Shown: positions 1-8,789, counted from the stretch's first letter. The stretch: 64,000 bases of DNA from Patescibacteria group bacterium (GCA_041645215.1 JBAZQK010000008.1:1744-65743); one strand, 5' to 3'. Notes: generated from the letters alone by a model not told the origin. Made by a program: numbers and translations.

Positions 1-503
1 ATTTCAAGAAAGAAGGTATTAAAAATTTCATTCTGCTGTCTGGTGATCGCGATGAAGTGGCCAAAAAAGTCGCTCTCTCGCTTGGTATTCAAGAAGCCCA
101 TGGCGATATCTTGCCTGACCAGAAACTCAAAATAATTGAGGATTTGCAGAAAAAAGGCCACAAAGTTGCGATGATTGGGGACGGCATTAATGACGCACCA
201 GCACTCAAACAAGCAGATGTGGGTATTGCAATGGGCGCGATGGGTATGGAGCCAGCCATAGAGGCATCAGACATCGCGCTGATGTCCAATGATTTAAAGA
301 AAGTTGCGATAGTGCATTCCATATCCAAACGAGTAATTCGCACTATAAAACAAAACATTATCCTCGGTCTGGGATTTACCCATGGACTCGGAATGATACT
401 TGCTCTACTTCATATTCTTAATCCAATTCAAGCGGCATTCTTTCATGCCGTTCCCGATCTTCTCATTTTGCTTAACTCCGGACGTTTGATTCAAAAAAAT
501 TAG
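1..503 (+). CDS. C-terminal part of a heavy-metal (P1B-type) P-type ATPase; its 5' end lies upstream of the window
   Basis: Frame 3 is open from base 3 and encodes ...GDRDEVAKKVALSLGI...GDGINDAPAL...GAMGMEPAIEASDIALMSNDL, the hinge and last transmembrane helices of CadA/ZntA-type pumps. Confidence 0.8.
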   Translation, partial: FKKEGIKNFILLSGDRDEVAKKVALSLGIQEAHGDILPDQKLKIIEDLQKKGHKVAMIGDGINDAPALKQADVGIAMGAMGMEPAIEASDIALMSNDLKKVAIVHSISKRVIRTIKQNIILGLGFTHGLGMILALLHILNPIQAAFFHAVPDLLILLNSGRLIQKN

Positions 504-529
504 TATAATAAAATAACGCAAAATAATTT

Positions 530-1006
530 ATGAATAAAACAACCTCAACATCTGATTCTCCACAGGTAATCGCGCCACCGCCGTTCATTTATTTAGGCGG
601 AATCGCAGTCGGATTTATTCTTCACTTGATCAAACCTTTGTCGTTTCTACCAAAGAATTTCGCATTGCCACTTGGCGTGGTATTGATTGTGATTTCGGTT
701 TTGCTTGTTGTTACTGCTATACGCACGTTTATAAGAGCGAAAACAAATATTGATGTACGAAAACCAACCACAAGCATCGTCAGCGTTGGCCCCTACCGCT
801 TCACCCGCAATCCGATTTATCTCTCCATGGCACTCCTCACCATAGGCATAGCAGTTTGGGCTAATGCTCTATGGATACTCATCACACTCGTGCCTGTACT
901 TCTTGTAATGCAATTCGCGGTAATTCTTCGAGAAGAAGATTATCTCACAAGAAAATTCGGCGGGGAGTATTTGCAATACAAAACAAGGGTTCGTCGCTGG
1001 ATATAG
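530..1006 (+). CDS. Isoprenylcysteine carboxyl methyltransferase (ICMT)/phospholipid methyltransferase family membrane protein
   Basis: Multi-TM protein with RNPIYLS...EEDYLTRKFGGEY C-terminal motif typical of the ICMT/PEMT family. Confidence 0.65.
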   Translation: MNKTTSTSDSPQVIAPPPFIYLGGIAVGFILHLIKPLSFLPKNFALPLGVVLIVISVLLVVTAIRTFIRAKTNIDVRKPTTSIVSVGPYRFTRNPIYLSMALLTIGIAVWANALWILITLVPVLLVMQFAVILREEDYLTRKFGGEYLQYKTRVRRWI

Positions 1007-1017
1007 CCGCCGTAACT

Positions 1018-2649
1018 ATGTTAAAAGATCAAAAATTTATGAAAAATAAGACACTAATAGTAGGAATAGTTACTGTGGCGATATTGATTGCCGGAGGTTT
1101 CTTTTTCTCAAACAAATTCTCAAACAAAGGGAATGTTTCCAGTCAGACATTTTCAACGAGCACACAGGGCTTGCCCGAAGCCCAAACTTCGCAAACAGTT
1201 GAACTTAAGAATGGCGATAGCTACACTCTTACCGCGAGCATAGTAAAAAAAGAGATTGGCAATACCGAAGTAAAAATGCTGGCCTACAACGGCTCAATCC
1301 CCGGGCCGCTCATCAAAGTTGTTCAGGGAGCGGCAGTTACCATAAACTTTAAAAACGGCACGGATATGAAGACACTGCTCCATTCCCATGGCGTGCGGAT
1401 GGACAATCCCTTTGACGGCTCGCAGACAACACAGGCGGAAATGGAACCCGGGGAAACCTTTGCCTACAAGCTGAAATTCCCCGATGTTGGTATGTACTGG
1501 TACCACCCGCATGTGCGCGAGGATTACGCCCAGGAGCTTGGACTGTATGGAAATTACTGGGTGGTGCCAAGTGATTTAAATTATTGGTCGCCGGTTAATC
1601 GCGAAGTACCGCTTTTTGTGGATGACATTTTGATTGAGAACGGGGAGATACGTTTAAGCAAAAAATCCGTCGACCGAACGCTTACGGGACGATTCGGCAA
1701 GGTGATGCTTATAAACGGTGAATCCGATTATATTCTTAACGCCAAGGCGGGAGAGGTAATTCGCTTCTACCTTACCAACGCGGCCAATACACGCACCTTT
1801 AATCTGGCTATCAATGGAGTAAAAATGAAACTTGTTGGCGGCGATAGCGGCGCCTATGAAAAAGAGGAATGGAAAGAAAGTGTTATCCTAGGTCCATCAG
1901 AGCGGGTGATTGTTGAAGCGCTCTTTGATCGCGCGGGAACGTATACCATACAGCACAAAACTCCCAATCGCGAATACAAGATGGGGAAGGTTGTCGTGTC
2001 CGCAGACGTTATTTCCTCTTCGTATGCGAAAACTTTTTCTATTCTAAGAACCAACAAGGCGGCGGTGGCGGATATCGATCCATTTAGGGCCTATTTCACT
2101 AAACCGATTGCTAAGCGCATTTCTCTTAGTATTGATATGAGCAGGGGTGAGATGGGTTCAATGATGATGAGCCAGATGGCCGCTGGGTCTACTAGGGGGA
2201 ATATGTCGACCGGAGACCGGCCGGCCGGTGAAGCCGGAGGAGTGAGCCCCGACGGCATTGAGTGGGAAGATACCAATCCAATGATGAACAAAACATCAAA
2301 TGCCGCCATGACTCGGTGGAAGATTGTAGATGAGGCCACTGATCAGGCTAATATGGACATTGACTGGAAGTTTAAAGTCGGCGACAAAGTAAAAATAAGA
2401 ATTACGAACGATCCGAATTCAATGCATCCAATGCAACACCCGATTCATTTCCACGGCCAGCGATTTTTAGTGCTTGATCAGAGTGGCGTACCGCCGACCA
2501 ATCTTGTCTGGAAGGACACTGTATTGGTGCCATCCGGTCAGTATGTTGATATTCTACTCGACGCTTCCAATCCAGGTACATGGATGGCGCATTGCCACAT
2601 TGCCGAGCATTTGGAGGCCGGGATGATGATGAAATTTAAGGTGGAATAA
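1018..2649 (+). CDS. Multicopper oxidase (CueO/CopA-like) with signal anchor and Met-rich segment
   Basis: HSHGVRM, WYHPHV, HPIHFHG and HCHIAEHLEAGMM copper-ligand motifs; Met-rich insert MSRGEMGSMMMSQM. Start ATG 1018 or 1039 after the upstream stop; the listed ORF start at 871 overlaps the previous gene. Confidence 0.85.
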   Translation: MLKDQKFMKNKTLIVGIVTVAILIAGGFFFSNKFSNKGNVSSQTFSTSTQGLPEAQTSQTVELKNGDSYTLTASIVKKEIGNTEVKMLAYNGSIPGPLIKVVQGAAVTINFKNGTDMKTLLHSHGVRMDNPFDGSQTTQAEMEPGETFAYKLKFPDVGMYWYHPHVREDYAQELGLYGNYWVVPSDLNYWSPVNREVPLFVDDILIENGEIRLSKKSVDRTLTGRFGKVMLINGESDYILNAKAGEVIRFYLTNAANTRTFNLAINGVKMKLVGGDSGAYEKEEWKESVILGPSERVIVEALFDRAGTYTIQHKTPNREYKMGKVVVSADVISSSYAKTFSILRTNKAAVADIDPFRAYFTKPIAKRISLSIDMSRGEMGSMMMSQMAAGSTRGNMSTGDRPAGEAGGVSPDGIEWEDTNPMMNKTSNAAMTRWKIVDEATDQANMDIDWKFKVGDKVKIRITNDPNSMHPMQHPIHFHGQRFLVLDQSGVPPTNLVWKDTVLVPSGQYVDILLDASNPGTWMAHCHIAEHLEAGMMMKFKVE

Positions 2650-2657
2650 AAAATTGC

Positions 2658-2684
2658 AAAACCAGTCGTTCCTGAGCTGGTTTT
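2658..2684 (+). terminator. Rho-independent terminator after the multicopper oxidase gene
   Basis: AAAACCAG-11 nt-CTGGTTTT hairpin directly after the TAA at 2647-2649, followed by a T-run. Confidence 0.6.
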
Positions 2685-2688
2685 AGTT

Positions 2689-2736
2689 ATCCACAGCCCT
2701 ATTTGACAGATAGGGTATAGGGGTATAGAGTATAAA
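2689..2736 (+). promoter_or_regulatory. Candidate promoter with overlapping inverted-repeat operator upstream of the CsoR-family gene
   Basis: CCCTAT-TTGACAG-ATAGGG dyad (2697-2715) with TTGACA -35 inside it, a second GGGTAT word and TATAGA/TATAAA -10 candidates. Confidence 0.45.
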
Positions 2737-2771
2737 AGAGGACGAGTTTTTACTTTTAATCTATAAAATTT

Positions 2772-3044
2772 ATGGTAGACCAAAAGTTAAAGAAACGGGC
2801 TATTCATCGAACTAAGATTATTATGGGGCAGGTTAAAGGCCTGACGCAGGCAATTGAAAAGGAACAATATTGCATTGAGCTTTTAAATCAATCGCTCTCC
2901 ATCCAGCGGTCTTTAAAGAGTTTGGACGCGTTACTGTTGGAAAATCACCTCAAAACTCATGTTCAGCACCAAATGCGGGCGACCGACGGAATTGCCAGGG
3001 CCGTTACGGAGTTAATAAAAATTTATCATTTAGCGAGCAAATAA
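2772..3044 (+). CDS. csoR: CsoR/RcnR/FrmR-family metal-sensing transcriptional repressor
   Basis: 90 aa; helical; C...H...C spacing (CIELLNQSLSIQRSL...HLKTHVQHQ) as in CsoR/RcnR. Confidence 0.75.
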   Translation: MVDQKLKKRAIHRTKIIMGQVKGLTQAIEKEQYCIELLNQSLSIQRSLKSLDALLLENHLKTHVQHQMRATDGIARAVTELIKIYHLASK

Positions 3045-3047
3045 TTT

Positions 3048-3437
3048 ATGAATTACGGTTACAAAAAACAGTTTAATGGTTCTTGGACGCAGGCCGTTGC
3101 CAAAATTAAAACCGAACTAGCCGAACAGGGCTTTGGCATTCTGACGGAGATAGATGTCAAGGCCGCTTTAAAAAATAAATTGGATATTGACTATGATAAT
3201 TATGTTATTTTAGGAGCCTGCAATCCACCATTCGCTTATCAAGCGTTGCAAGCGGAAAAAGACATCGGCCTGCTTTTGCCCTGCAATGTGATTGTGTACG
3301 AGGATAAGGGAAAGGTATTTGTGGCGGCGATTCTGCCCACGGTGGCGATGGACATGGTTGATAATTCAGCCTTGGCTGATATTGCCACCGAAGTGGAAGC
3401 AAAATTAAAAATAGCCGTTGATAATCTTAAAGTGTAA
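3048..3437 (+). CDS. DUF302 domain protein
   Basis: GACNPPFAYQAL...LLLPCNVIVYED matches the DUF302 family; frequently metal-operon associated. Confidence 0.7.
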   Translation: MNYGYKKQFNGSWTQAVAKIKTELAEQGFGILTEIDVKAALKNKLDIDYDNYVILGACNPPFAYQALQAEKDIGLLLPCNVIVYEDKGKVFVAAILPTVAMDMVDNSALADIATEVEAKLKIAVDNLKV

Positions 3438-3441
3438 CCGT

Positions 3442-3627
3442 ATGCCAGAGTTCCAATGTGAAATTTGTAAATTAAAATATAAAGATAACTTAACCGCTCG
3501 GCAGTGCTATGAGTGGTGCCGTCAACATGATAGTTGCAATTGGCATATAGCCAGCCAGGCCATAAATAAAGACGAAGCCGAAAAACAAAAATTAAATGAT
3601 AAAAGATACAATGAATTTAATAATTAA
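3442..3627 (+). CDS. Small Cys-rich hypothetical protein (zinc-ribbon-like CxxC...C...C)
   Basis: MPEFQCEICKLKYKDNLTARQCYEWCRQHDSCNWH; weak RBS; start uncertain. Confidence 0.35.
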   Translation: MPEFQCEICKLKYKDNLTARQCYEWCRQHDSCNWHIASQAINKDEAEKQKLNDKRYNEFNN

Positions 3628-3644
3628 AAATTGTTGTTAAATAT

Positions 3645-4349
3645 ATGAAAAAAATATTTTTTATAATCACGACTTTTATCATAATCGGAATAATTAATTT
3701 TACTGTAATTAGTACAGTGACGGCCCAGGCCGACAACTCTAACCAATCGCTGGACGCCCAACTTAAAGATGTTTTAGCAACCCAGAATATAACTGAAATC
3801 AGTAAAATTAACTGCGCGCAAGTTACGGATGAGCAATTTGCCAAATTGGGAGATGCTTATATGGAGCAAATTCATCCGGGCGTACAGCACGAGTATATGG
3901 ATAAAATAATGGGTGGAGAAGGTTCAACCTCTTTGCAAGCCGTGCATATTCGAATGGGACAAGCTTATTTGGGTTGCGGTTCATCGTGTTCGGCCGGCGC
4001 TATGATGGGTGGCGGTTATGGCATGATGGGCAGTGGAATGATGGGCGGGTATTATCTCAATAACGGCGCCGGATTTAATTCAACATTTAATTCTAATGAG
4101 AGGGGAGGTGTATATTCTATGATGGGTTTTCCTTTTATGAGCTTTGGTTTTGGCTGGGGTTGGCTAATAATGGTTTTATTCTGGATTTTGGTAATTATGG
4201 GAATTATTTGGCTGGTGAAATTATCGACCACTAAAAATAACGGTCAAAGTAAACCGTTAGATGCCCTGGAGATATTAAAAACCAGATACGCCAAAGGTGA
4301 AATTGGCCAGGAGGAGTTTGAGGAAAAAAAGAAGAACTTAACCAATTAA
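3645..4349 (+). CDS. Secreted/membrane Met-Gly-rich protein with C-terminal SHOCT domain
   Basis: N-terminal signal/TM, MMGGGYGMMGSGMMGGYY low-complexity Met/Gly/Tyr segment, TM helix, then LEILKTRYAKGEIGQEEFEEKKKNL SHOCT-like tail. Confidence 0.6.
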   Translation: MKKIFFIITTFIIIGIINFTVISTVTAQADNSNQSLDAQLKDVLATQNITEISKINCAQVTDEQFAKLGDAYMEQIHPGVQHEYMDKIMGGEGSTSLQAVHIRMGQAYLGCGSSCSAGAMMGGGYGMMGSGMMGGYYLNNGAGFNSTFNSNERGGVYSMMGFPFMSFGFGWGWLIMVLFWILVIMGIIWLVKLSTTKNNGQSKPLDALEILKTRYAKGEIGQEEFEEKKKNLTN

Positions 4350-4363
4350 TTTAATTCAAAAAC

Positions 4364-4585
4364 ATGAAACCATCAAAATTAATGCATGTTATCAGCATTA
4401 TCGTGGGATTCGCCGGCGTGATTACATTTGCGGCCGCGATCCTCGGCGGCGCTGATAACCTTGTATTCGGGGTTACAAAAGTAGATGCCTTGCTCTACGC
4501 CGGGATTCTTGTTCTTATCGCAATCTGGGTTCAGATTGCAACCATTCATCACATGATGCTTGAGAAAAGCGGAGAGATCGTTTAA
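4364..4585 (+). CDS. Small 2-TM membrane protein (paralog of 6938..7111)
   Basis: 73 aa; shares MK.SK..HVIS...G..GV and C-terminal MHHMMLE..GEI with the downstream paralog. Confidence 0.5.
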   Translation: MKPSKLMHVISIIVGFAGVITFAAAILGGADNLVFGVTKVDALLYAGILVLIAIWVQIATIHHMMLEKSGEIV

Positions 4586-4603
4586 TCAATTAATTTAAAA
4601 TAT

Positions 4604-4876
4604 ATGGAACAATTATCACTTAAAAAATACGGCTGGAAATGCGTGCTCGGCTCTGAAATAGTTTACTTTATTTGTCTTTTGGGCGGACTACTCCCTTGGC
4701 GTACCGCGAGGGGCCTAGAACTGCATCACACATTCTTTGAAACTCTTCCCGGATTCACGTGGCTAACTGCCGGTAGCGTGATACTGGGAGCTATCTATTT
4801 CTTTATTTTTGCCTGGATCTTCGCCTGGTACTTCGTCTGGATGCACAACTCCAGCCTGGTTGAAAACAAGAAATAA
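4604..4876 (+). CDS. Hypothetical membrane protein
   Basis: 90 aa, 3 predicted TM; present only in copy A of the duplicated module. Confidence 0.4.
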   Translation: MEQLSLKKYGWKCVLGSEIVYFICLLGGLLPWRTARGLELHHTFFETLPGFTWLTAGSVILGAIYFFIFAWIFAWYFVWMHNSSLVENKK

Positions 4877-4890
4877 TATCATTAATCACT

Positions 4891-5211
4891 ATGTACGACC
4901 ATAACAACCAGAAAAACTCTTCCCTGATATGGATGATGCTCATCTGCCTATTGCTTTTGGTTGTTCTGCTTTTTACGGGAGGCAAGTTGTTGGCCGGCGG
5001 ATACCTCTGGCCGGTTCTTATTGGCGTCTTTGTCATCGCGCACCTCTGGATGATGTTCAAAGGACATAAAGGACACAGCGGGCACAGCGACGCTAATAGG
5101 GCAGAGAAATCTAACCTGCCGGTTCCGCTAAGCCCGGCGCCGGCCGGTGCAACTTTAGCAAAACAACCCGAGGCCAAGGACGAACATAAGCACGGCGGCT
5201 GCTGTCATTAA
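4891..5211 (+). CDS. DUF2933-like small membrane protein with His-rich and C-terminal HKHGGCCH tail
   Basis: 106 aa; one TM; HKGHSGHSD and terminal HGGCCH metal-ligand-like motifs; near-identical paralog at 7130..7450. Confidence 0.55.
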   Translation: MYDHNNQKNSSLIWMMLICLLLLVVLLFTGGKLLAGGYLWPVLIGVFVIAHLWMMFKGHKGHSGHSDANRAEKSNLPVPLSPAPAGATLAKQPEAKDEHKHGGCCH

Positions 5212-5230
5212 AAAATTGAAGCAGAAATAA

Positions 5231-6115
5231 GTGACAACTATGGAATTACTTTTAAGTGCCTCAATTATTGCCGCCTTTATCGCCGGCGTGGCCGCCCTCT
5301 TCGCGCCGTGTTGCATTACCGTACTTTTGCCGTCGTACTTTGCTTCCATTTTCCGCGAAAAGCGCAAGGTATTCGTGATGACTTTTATTTTCTTTTTGGG
5401 AATTCTCACGGTCTTTCTACCGATTGGATTAGGGGCAGCGGCTCTCGGCAAATTCTTCAGCCAATATCATAATGCGGTGTTTGGCATCGGCGGTATTTTC
5501 CTCACTGTATTAGGAATGATTATTCTTATCGGCAAGCATTTTTCGTTGCCATTTCAAGTACATCCGACGCTTAAAAAACACAGTGCGGCTTCGGTATTTA
5601 CGCTCGGCATATTTTCAGGAATCGCTACTACTTGCTGCGCGCCGGTACTTGCGGGCGTATTGGCCCTCGCAGCACTTCCCGGATCGGTATTTTGGGGTGG
5701 TATCTACACCTTAAGTTATGTTTTTGGAATGGTCGCGCCCCTCTTTCTGATTTCGCTTTTCCTTGATAAAGTCAATTTTGGACAAAAGCTCCAACAAATC
5801 TTCAATAGGCCGGTCCGATATCGATTAGTCGGCAAGGGAATAAGTATTACTGTTTCCGAAGCAGTGTCGGGCATCACTTTTCTTGCCATGGGCGTTTTGA
5901 TTCTTTATCTTGCGCTTACCAATCGACTCTTTATGCAAGCTGGAGGATATCAGATAAACATCAATATTTACCTCACAAAGGTTTTGCAATCAATAAGCGG
6001 CGTCGCGCAAGCGACTCCCGAATATGTATGGGCGCTTTTATTAATCATAATCATTGGCGGAATTGTCTGGCGCGTCGTTCGCCAATTAAATAAAGAAAAA
6101 TATGAACCCCGTTAG
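5231..6115 (+). CDS. DsbD_2/CcdA-like polytopic membrane protein with paired Cys motifs
   Basis: 294 aa, 8+ TM; LFAPCCITVLLPSY and TCCAPVLAGV motifs in TM segments; the last codons and stop (YEPR*) are supplied by the flanking TIR element. Confidence 0.5.
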   Translation: MTTMELLLSASIIAAFIAGVAALFAPCCITVLLPSYFASIFREKRKVFVMTFIFFLGILTVFLPIGLGAAALGKFFSQYHNAVFGIGGIFLTVLGMIILIGKHFSLPFQVHPTLKKHSAASVFTLGIFSGIATTCCAPVLAGVLALAALPGSVFWGGIYTLSYVFGMVAPLFLISLFLDKVNFGQKLQQIFNRPVRYRLVGKGISITVSEAVSGITFLAMGVLILYLALTNRLFMQAGGYQININIYLTKVLQSISGVAQATPEYVWALLLIIIIGGIVWRVVRQLNKEKYEPR

Positions 6116-6244
6116 AAGTCCTTGGCAGAAAAATTTTATTAAAATTTTTCTGCGTTAGACAAACGGGATATTCATAACATAACAATGGGACTGTCTGAAA
6201 TTGATTATTTTGATCATATAAAGACAGACTTCTAACGGGGTGAA
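6103..6244. mobile_element. CCCCGTTAGAA-TIR element copy a (long form, GTC subtype)
   Basis: Perfect 14-bp TIR CCCCGTTAGAAGTC (6107-6120) / GACTTCTAACGGGG (6227-6240), 4-bp direct repeats TGAA at 6103-6106 and 6241-6244; internal 13-bp-stem hairpin GCAGAAAAATTTT-ATT-AAAATTTTTCTGC. Confidence 0.75.
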
Positions 6245-6890
6245 TAAAAAAATAAACGTTTCTACAATTGTTATCGCAATAGTAATTATTGCCGCCATAG
6301 GTCTTTTGATTTGGGGCGGCAGCCAGAATAAAACCAGCGCGCCGGCGGTGGATCAGCATGGGATGCCAATTGCCGCCAATACTTCGGTGGCGCCGCTTAA
6401 TGAACTGGTCAATAAATCGGCGCCGGATTTCGCGTTAGCTGACAAAGATGGCAAAATATATTCATTGAATGAATTACGGGGCAAAAACATTGTCCTCTTC
6501 TTTAACGAAGGATTAATGTGCTATCCTGCATGCTGGAACCAAATCGTTTCGCTCTCGCAAGACGAGCGCTTCAAAAATGACGACACCGTAATTCTCTCGG
6601 TTGTGGTTGACTCCAAAGAAGATTGGCAGCGCGCGGTTAACAAGATGCCCGAACTTGTTCAAGCGGCGGTAGTTTTTGATAACAACGCGTCTGTCTCAAA
6701 AAAGTTTGGCGTTCTTGCAACCCCGTCTTCTATGCACCCCGGTTCGCTTCCCGGTCATACCTATGTCTTGATTGATAAAGAAGGAATAATTAGATATGTT
6801 TTTGACGATCCGAATATGGGAATCCGCAACGATCAGTTAGTTGCAGAAATTTCGAAATTATCCCCGAGTAGTACTGGAAATACACCATAA
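6240..6890 (+). CDS. Thioredoxin-fold (redoxin/TlpA-like) protein with signal anchor and atypical CxxxC motif
   Basis: 216 aa; N-terminal TM; GKNIVLFFNEGLMCYPACW redoxin-like active-site region; candidate GTG start formed by the TIR/direct-repeat junction. Confidence 0.55.
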   Translation: MNKKINVSTIVIAIVIIAAIGLLIWGGSQNKTSAPAVDQHGMPIAANTSVAPLNELVNKSAPDFALADKDGKIYSLNELRGKNIVLFFNEGLMCYPACWNQIVSLSQDERFKNDDTVILSVVVDSKEDWQRAVNKMPELVQAAVVFDNNASVSKKFGVLATPSSMHPGSLPGHTYVLIDKEGIIRYVFDDPNMGIRNDQLVAEISKLSPSSTGNTP

Positions 6891-6937
6891 GGCCGATCAA
6901 TGCTAATTAATCAAAAGTAATCAGATTAACAATCAAT

Positions 6938-7111
6938 ATGAAATTATCAAAAGTGTTGCACGTTATTTCTGTTATCGCGGGGCTTGTTGGGGTTGCTATG
7001 TCGGCCTTCGCTGTTCTTATCTGGCCTGCTGATGTCGTGTGGTTTGGGCTCACGAGGGACATTGCGACTATGCATCACATGATGCTTGAAAATCGCGGAG
7101 AGATTATTTAA
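6938..7111 (+). CDS. Small 2-TM membrane protein (57 aa; paralog of 4364..4585)
   Basis: Not in the ORF track (<60 aa); translation MKLSKVLHVISVIAGLVGV...MHHMMLENRGEII parallels 4364..4585. Confidence 0.45.
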   Translation: MKLSKVLHVISVIAGLVGVAMSAFAVLIWPADVVWFGLTRDIATMHHMMLENRGEII

Positions 7112-7129
7112 TCAATTAATTCAAAGTAT

Positions 7130-7450
7130 ATGCACGACCATAACAACCAGAAAAACTCTTCCCTGATGTGGATGATGCTCATCGGCCTATTGCTTTTGGT
7201 TGTTCTGCTTTTCACGGGAGGCAAGTTGTTGGCCGGCGGATATCTCTGGCCGGTTCTTATTGGCGCCTTTGTCATCGCGCACCTCTGGATGATGTTCAAA
7301 GGACATAAAGGACACGGCGGGCACAGCGATGCTAATAGGGCAGAGAAATCTACCCTGCCGGTTCCGCTAAGCACGGCGCCGGCAGATGCAACTTTAGCAA
7401 AACAACCCGAGGCCAGGGGCGAACATAAGCACGGCGGGTGCTGTCACTAG
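7130..7450 (+). CDS. DUF2933-like small membrane protein, paralog of 4891..5211
   Basis: 106 aa; about 95% nucleotide identity to 4891..5211 (same length, HGGCCH tail). Confidence 0.55.
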   Translation: MHDHNNQKNSSLMWMMLIGLLLLVVLLFTGGKLLAGGYLWPVLIGAFVIAHLWMMFKGHKGHGGHSDANRAEKSTLPVPLSTAPADATLAKQPEARGEHKHGGCCH

Positions 7451-7459
7451 TATTTCACC

Positions 7460-8101
7460 ATGGAAAATTCCTACGGCCTCTGGCCGCTCGTCATTATCAT
7501 CTCCTTGGCGCTCATTGCTTTCGCGGCCAGCTTTGTTCGGCCTAAAACAGCGCGGGATTGGCGGTCGCTCGGCGTGTTTTCGGCATTCGTTGTCGCCCTG
7601 TTTGCGGAGATGTACGGATTTCCACTGACCATCTATCTCGTGTCTGGGTGGCTTGTGAAGAATGTACCCGGTATTGATTTATTTTCACACAATTCCGGCC
7701 ATCTCTTTGAAGACCTCTTCGGGTGGGGCGGCGATCCGCACTTCGGACCGTTCCACATCGCCAGCTACATTTTAATTTTTTACGGCTTCGCGCTACTCGC
7801 TAATGCCTGGAAGGCACTCTATGCGGCCCGGCGCCAGCACACACTGGCAGTCACCGGTCCATACGCTCGCGTTCGCCATCCGCAGTATGTCGGCTTCGTC
7901 ATTATTATGCTCGGCTTCCTCTTGCAGTGGCCAACACTCCTCACGCTTGTTATGTTCCCGATTTTGGTATGGATGTATGTACGATTGGCCCGACGCGAGG
8001 AAGCCGACGCCAGGAAAGAATTTGGCGAAGTATGGGAAGCATACACCCGTCAGACCCCAGCTTTCATCCCCAAATGGGAATCAAAAATTGTTAACGCTTA
8101 A
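7460..8101 (+). CDS. ICMT/phospholipid methyltransferase family membrane protein (second copy in island)
   Basis: 213 aa; ...GPYARVRHPQYVGFV...REEADARKEFGEVWEAY ICMT-family C-terminal signature. Confidence 0.65.
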   Translation: MENSYGLWPLVIIISLALIAFAASFVRPKTARDWRSLGVFSAFVVALFAEMYGFPLTIYLVSGWLVKNVPGIDLFSHNSGHLFEDLFGWGGDPHFGPFHIASYILIFYGFALLANAWKALYAARRQHTLAVTGPYARVRHPQYVGFVIIMLGFLLQWPTLLTLVMFPILVWMYVRLARREEADARKEFGEVWEAYTRQTPAFIPKWESKIVNA

Positions 8102-8108
8102 TGAAAAT

Positions 8109-8264
8109 ATGTTTCGCTCATTTTTCAATAAATTAAAAGGTGATTCCAGTAAAGAATTTCCCAAAGATCCGGTTTGTGGCAGGCGCGCAACCGCTGAAAT
8201 TATTTTAGTCTACAAAGGGCAGACTTATGCTTTCTGTTCGGATCACTGCCGAGGGGCAGTTTGA
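8109..8264 (+). CDS. Small YHS/TRASH-like metal-binding domain protein
   Basis: 51 aa MFRSFF...DPVCGRRATAEIILVYKGQTYAFCSDHCRGAV; C-x-C...FCS..C pattern of the YHS domain; the longer listed ORF 7803..8264 overlaps the previous gene. Confidence 0.55.
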   Translation: MFRSFFNKLKGDSSKEFPKDPVCGRRATAEIILVYKGQTYAFCSDHCRGAV

Positions 8265-8297
8265 AAAAGACCCTGAAGCTTATATCGCAAAATAGCC

Positions 8298-8789
8298 ATG
8301 ATCAACAACATCGCCAAATCAATCCGGTACGGAACGCTCGCCAGCGCAATCTTGCTGGGGGTTTATTTTGCCATTCTCTCGTTGGTGTCGGGATGGGGGT
8401 TCGCCCAAAGTCAATTTGCTTCCTTTTGGTATTTTATTGTCAGTTTGGTAGTAGGTTTTGGAATTCAGATTGCATTGTACCAATACATTAAAAGTCTGGT
8501 GCATAGCGGACAGGGTATGGGCAAGGTAGTCGGTGTATCCGGAACCACTTCCACCGCGGCCATGATTTCCTGTTGCGCTCACTATTTAGTGAATTTAGTG
8601 CCTATTCTTGGAGTGACCGGGCTCGTGACATTTGTCGCGCAGTATCAAATTGAACTTTTCTGGGTAGGTCTTGCTTCTAATATATTTGGTATCGGATATA
8701 TGGTTAGTAAAATTATTAAATTTTTCGCCCAACGCGCCCGCCTGCCGGACGGGCAGGGATCCGCCTTTGGCGGAAAAAAAATACCATGA
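8298..8789 (+). CDS. Hypothetical polytopic membrane protein (contains SCCAHY motif)
   Basis: 163 aa, 4-5 TM. Confidence 0.45.
   Translation: MINNIAKSIRYGTLASAILLGVYFAILSLVSGWGFAQSQFASFWYFIVSLVVGFGIQIALYQYIKSLVHSGQGMGKVVGVSGTTSTAAMISCCAHYLVNLVPILGVTGLVTFVAQYQIELFWVGLASNIFGIGYMVSKIIKFFAQRARLPDGQGSAFGGKKIP

Noticed and set aside
871-1017. 5' extension of the multicopper oxidase ORF to 871
   Set aside because: It overlaps the preceding ICMT gene; ATG 1018/1039 follows that gene's stop, and the signal-anchor sequence begins there.
2689-2697. Perfect DnaA-box 9-mers TTATCCACA (also at 16327-16335) as a replication origin
   Set aside because: They are single isolated boxes with no cluster, no dnaA/dnaN nearby and no AT-rich unwinding element. 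Roughly 0.5 such matches are expected by chance in 64 kb. parAB at 37-39 kb shows no recognisable parS (TGTTNCACGTGAAACA) either.
4803-5177. Antisense ORFs 4803..5177 and 7108..7374 (LCPLCPLCPL...)
   Set aside because: They are mirror-image products of the duplicated DUF2933 module; their presence in both copies merely reflects the duplication.
7803-8108. Upstream part of ORF 7803..8264
   Set aside because: It overlaps the second ICMT gene in another frame. Only the last 51 codons (YHS-like miniprotein) have an independent start and a motif.
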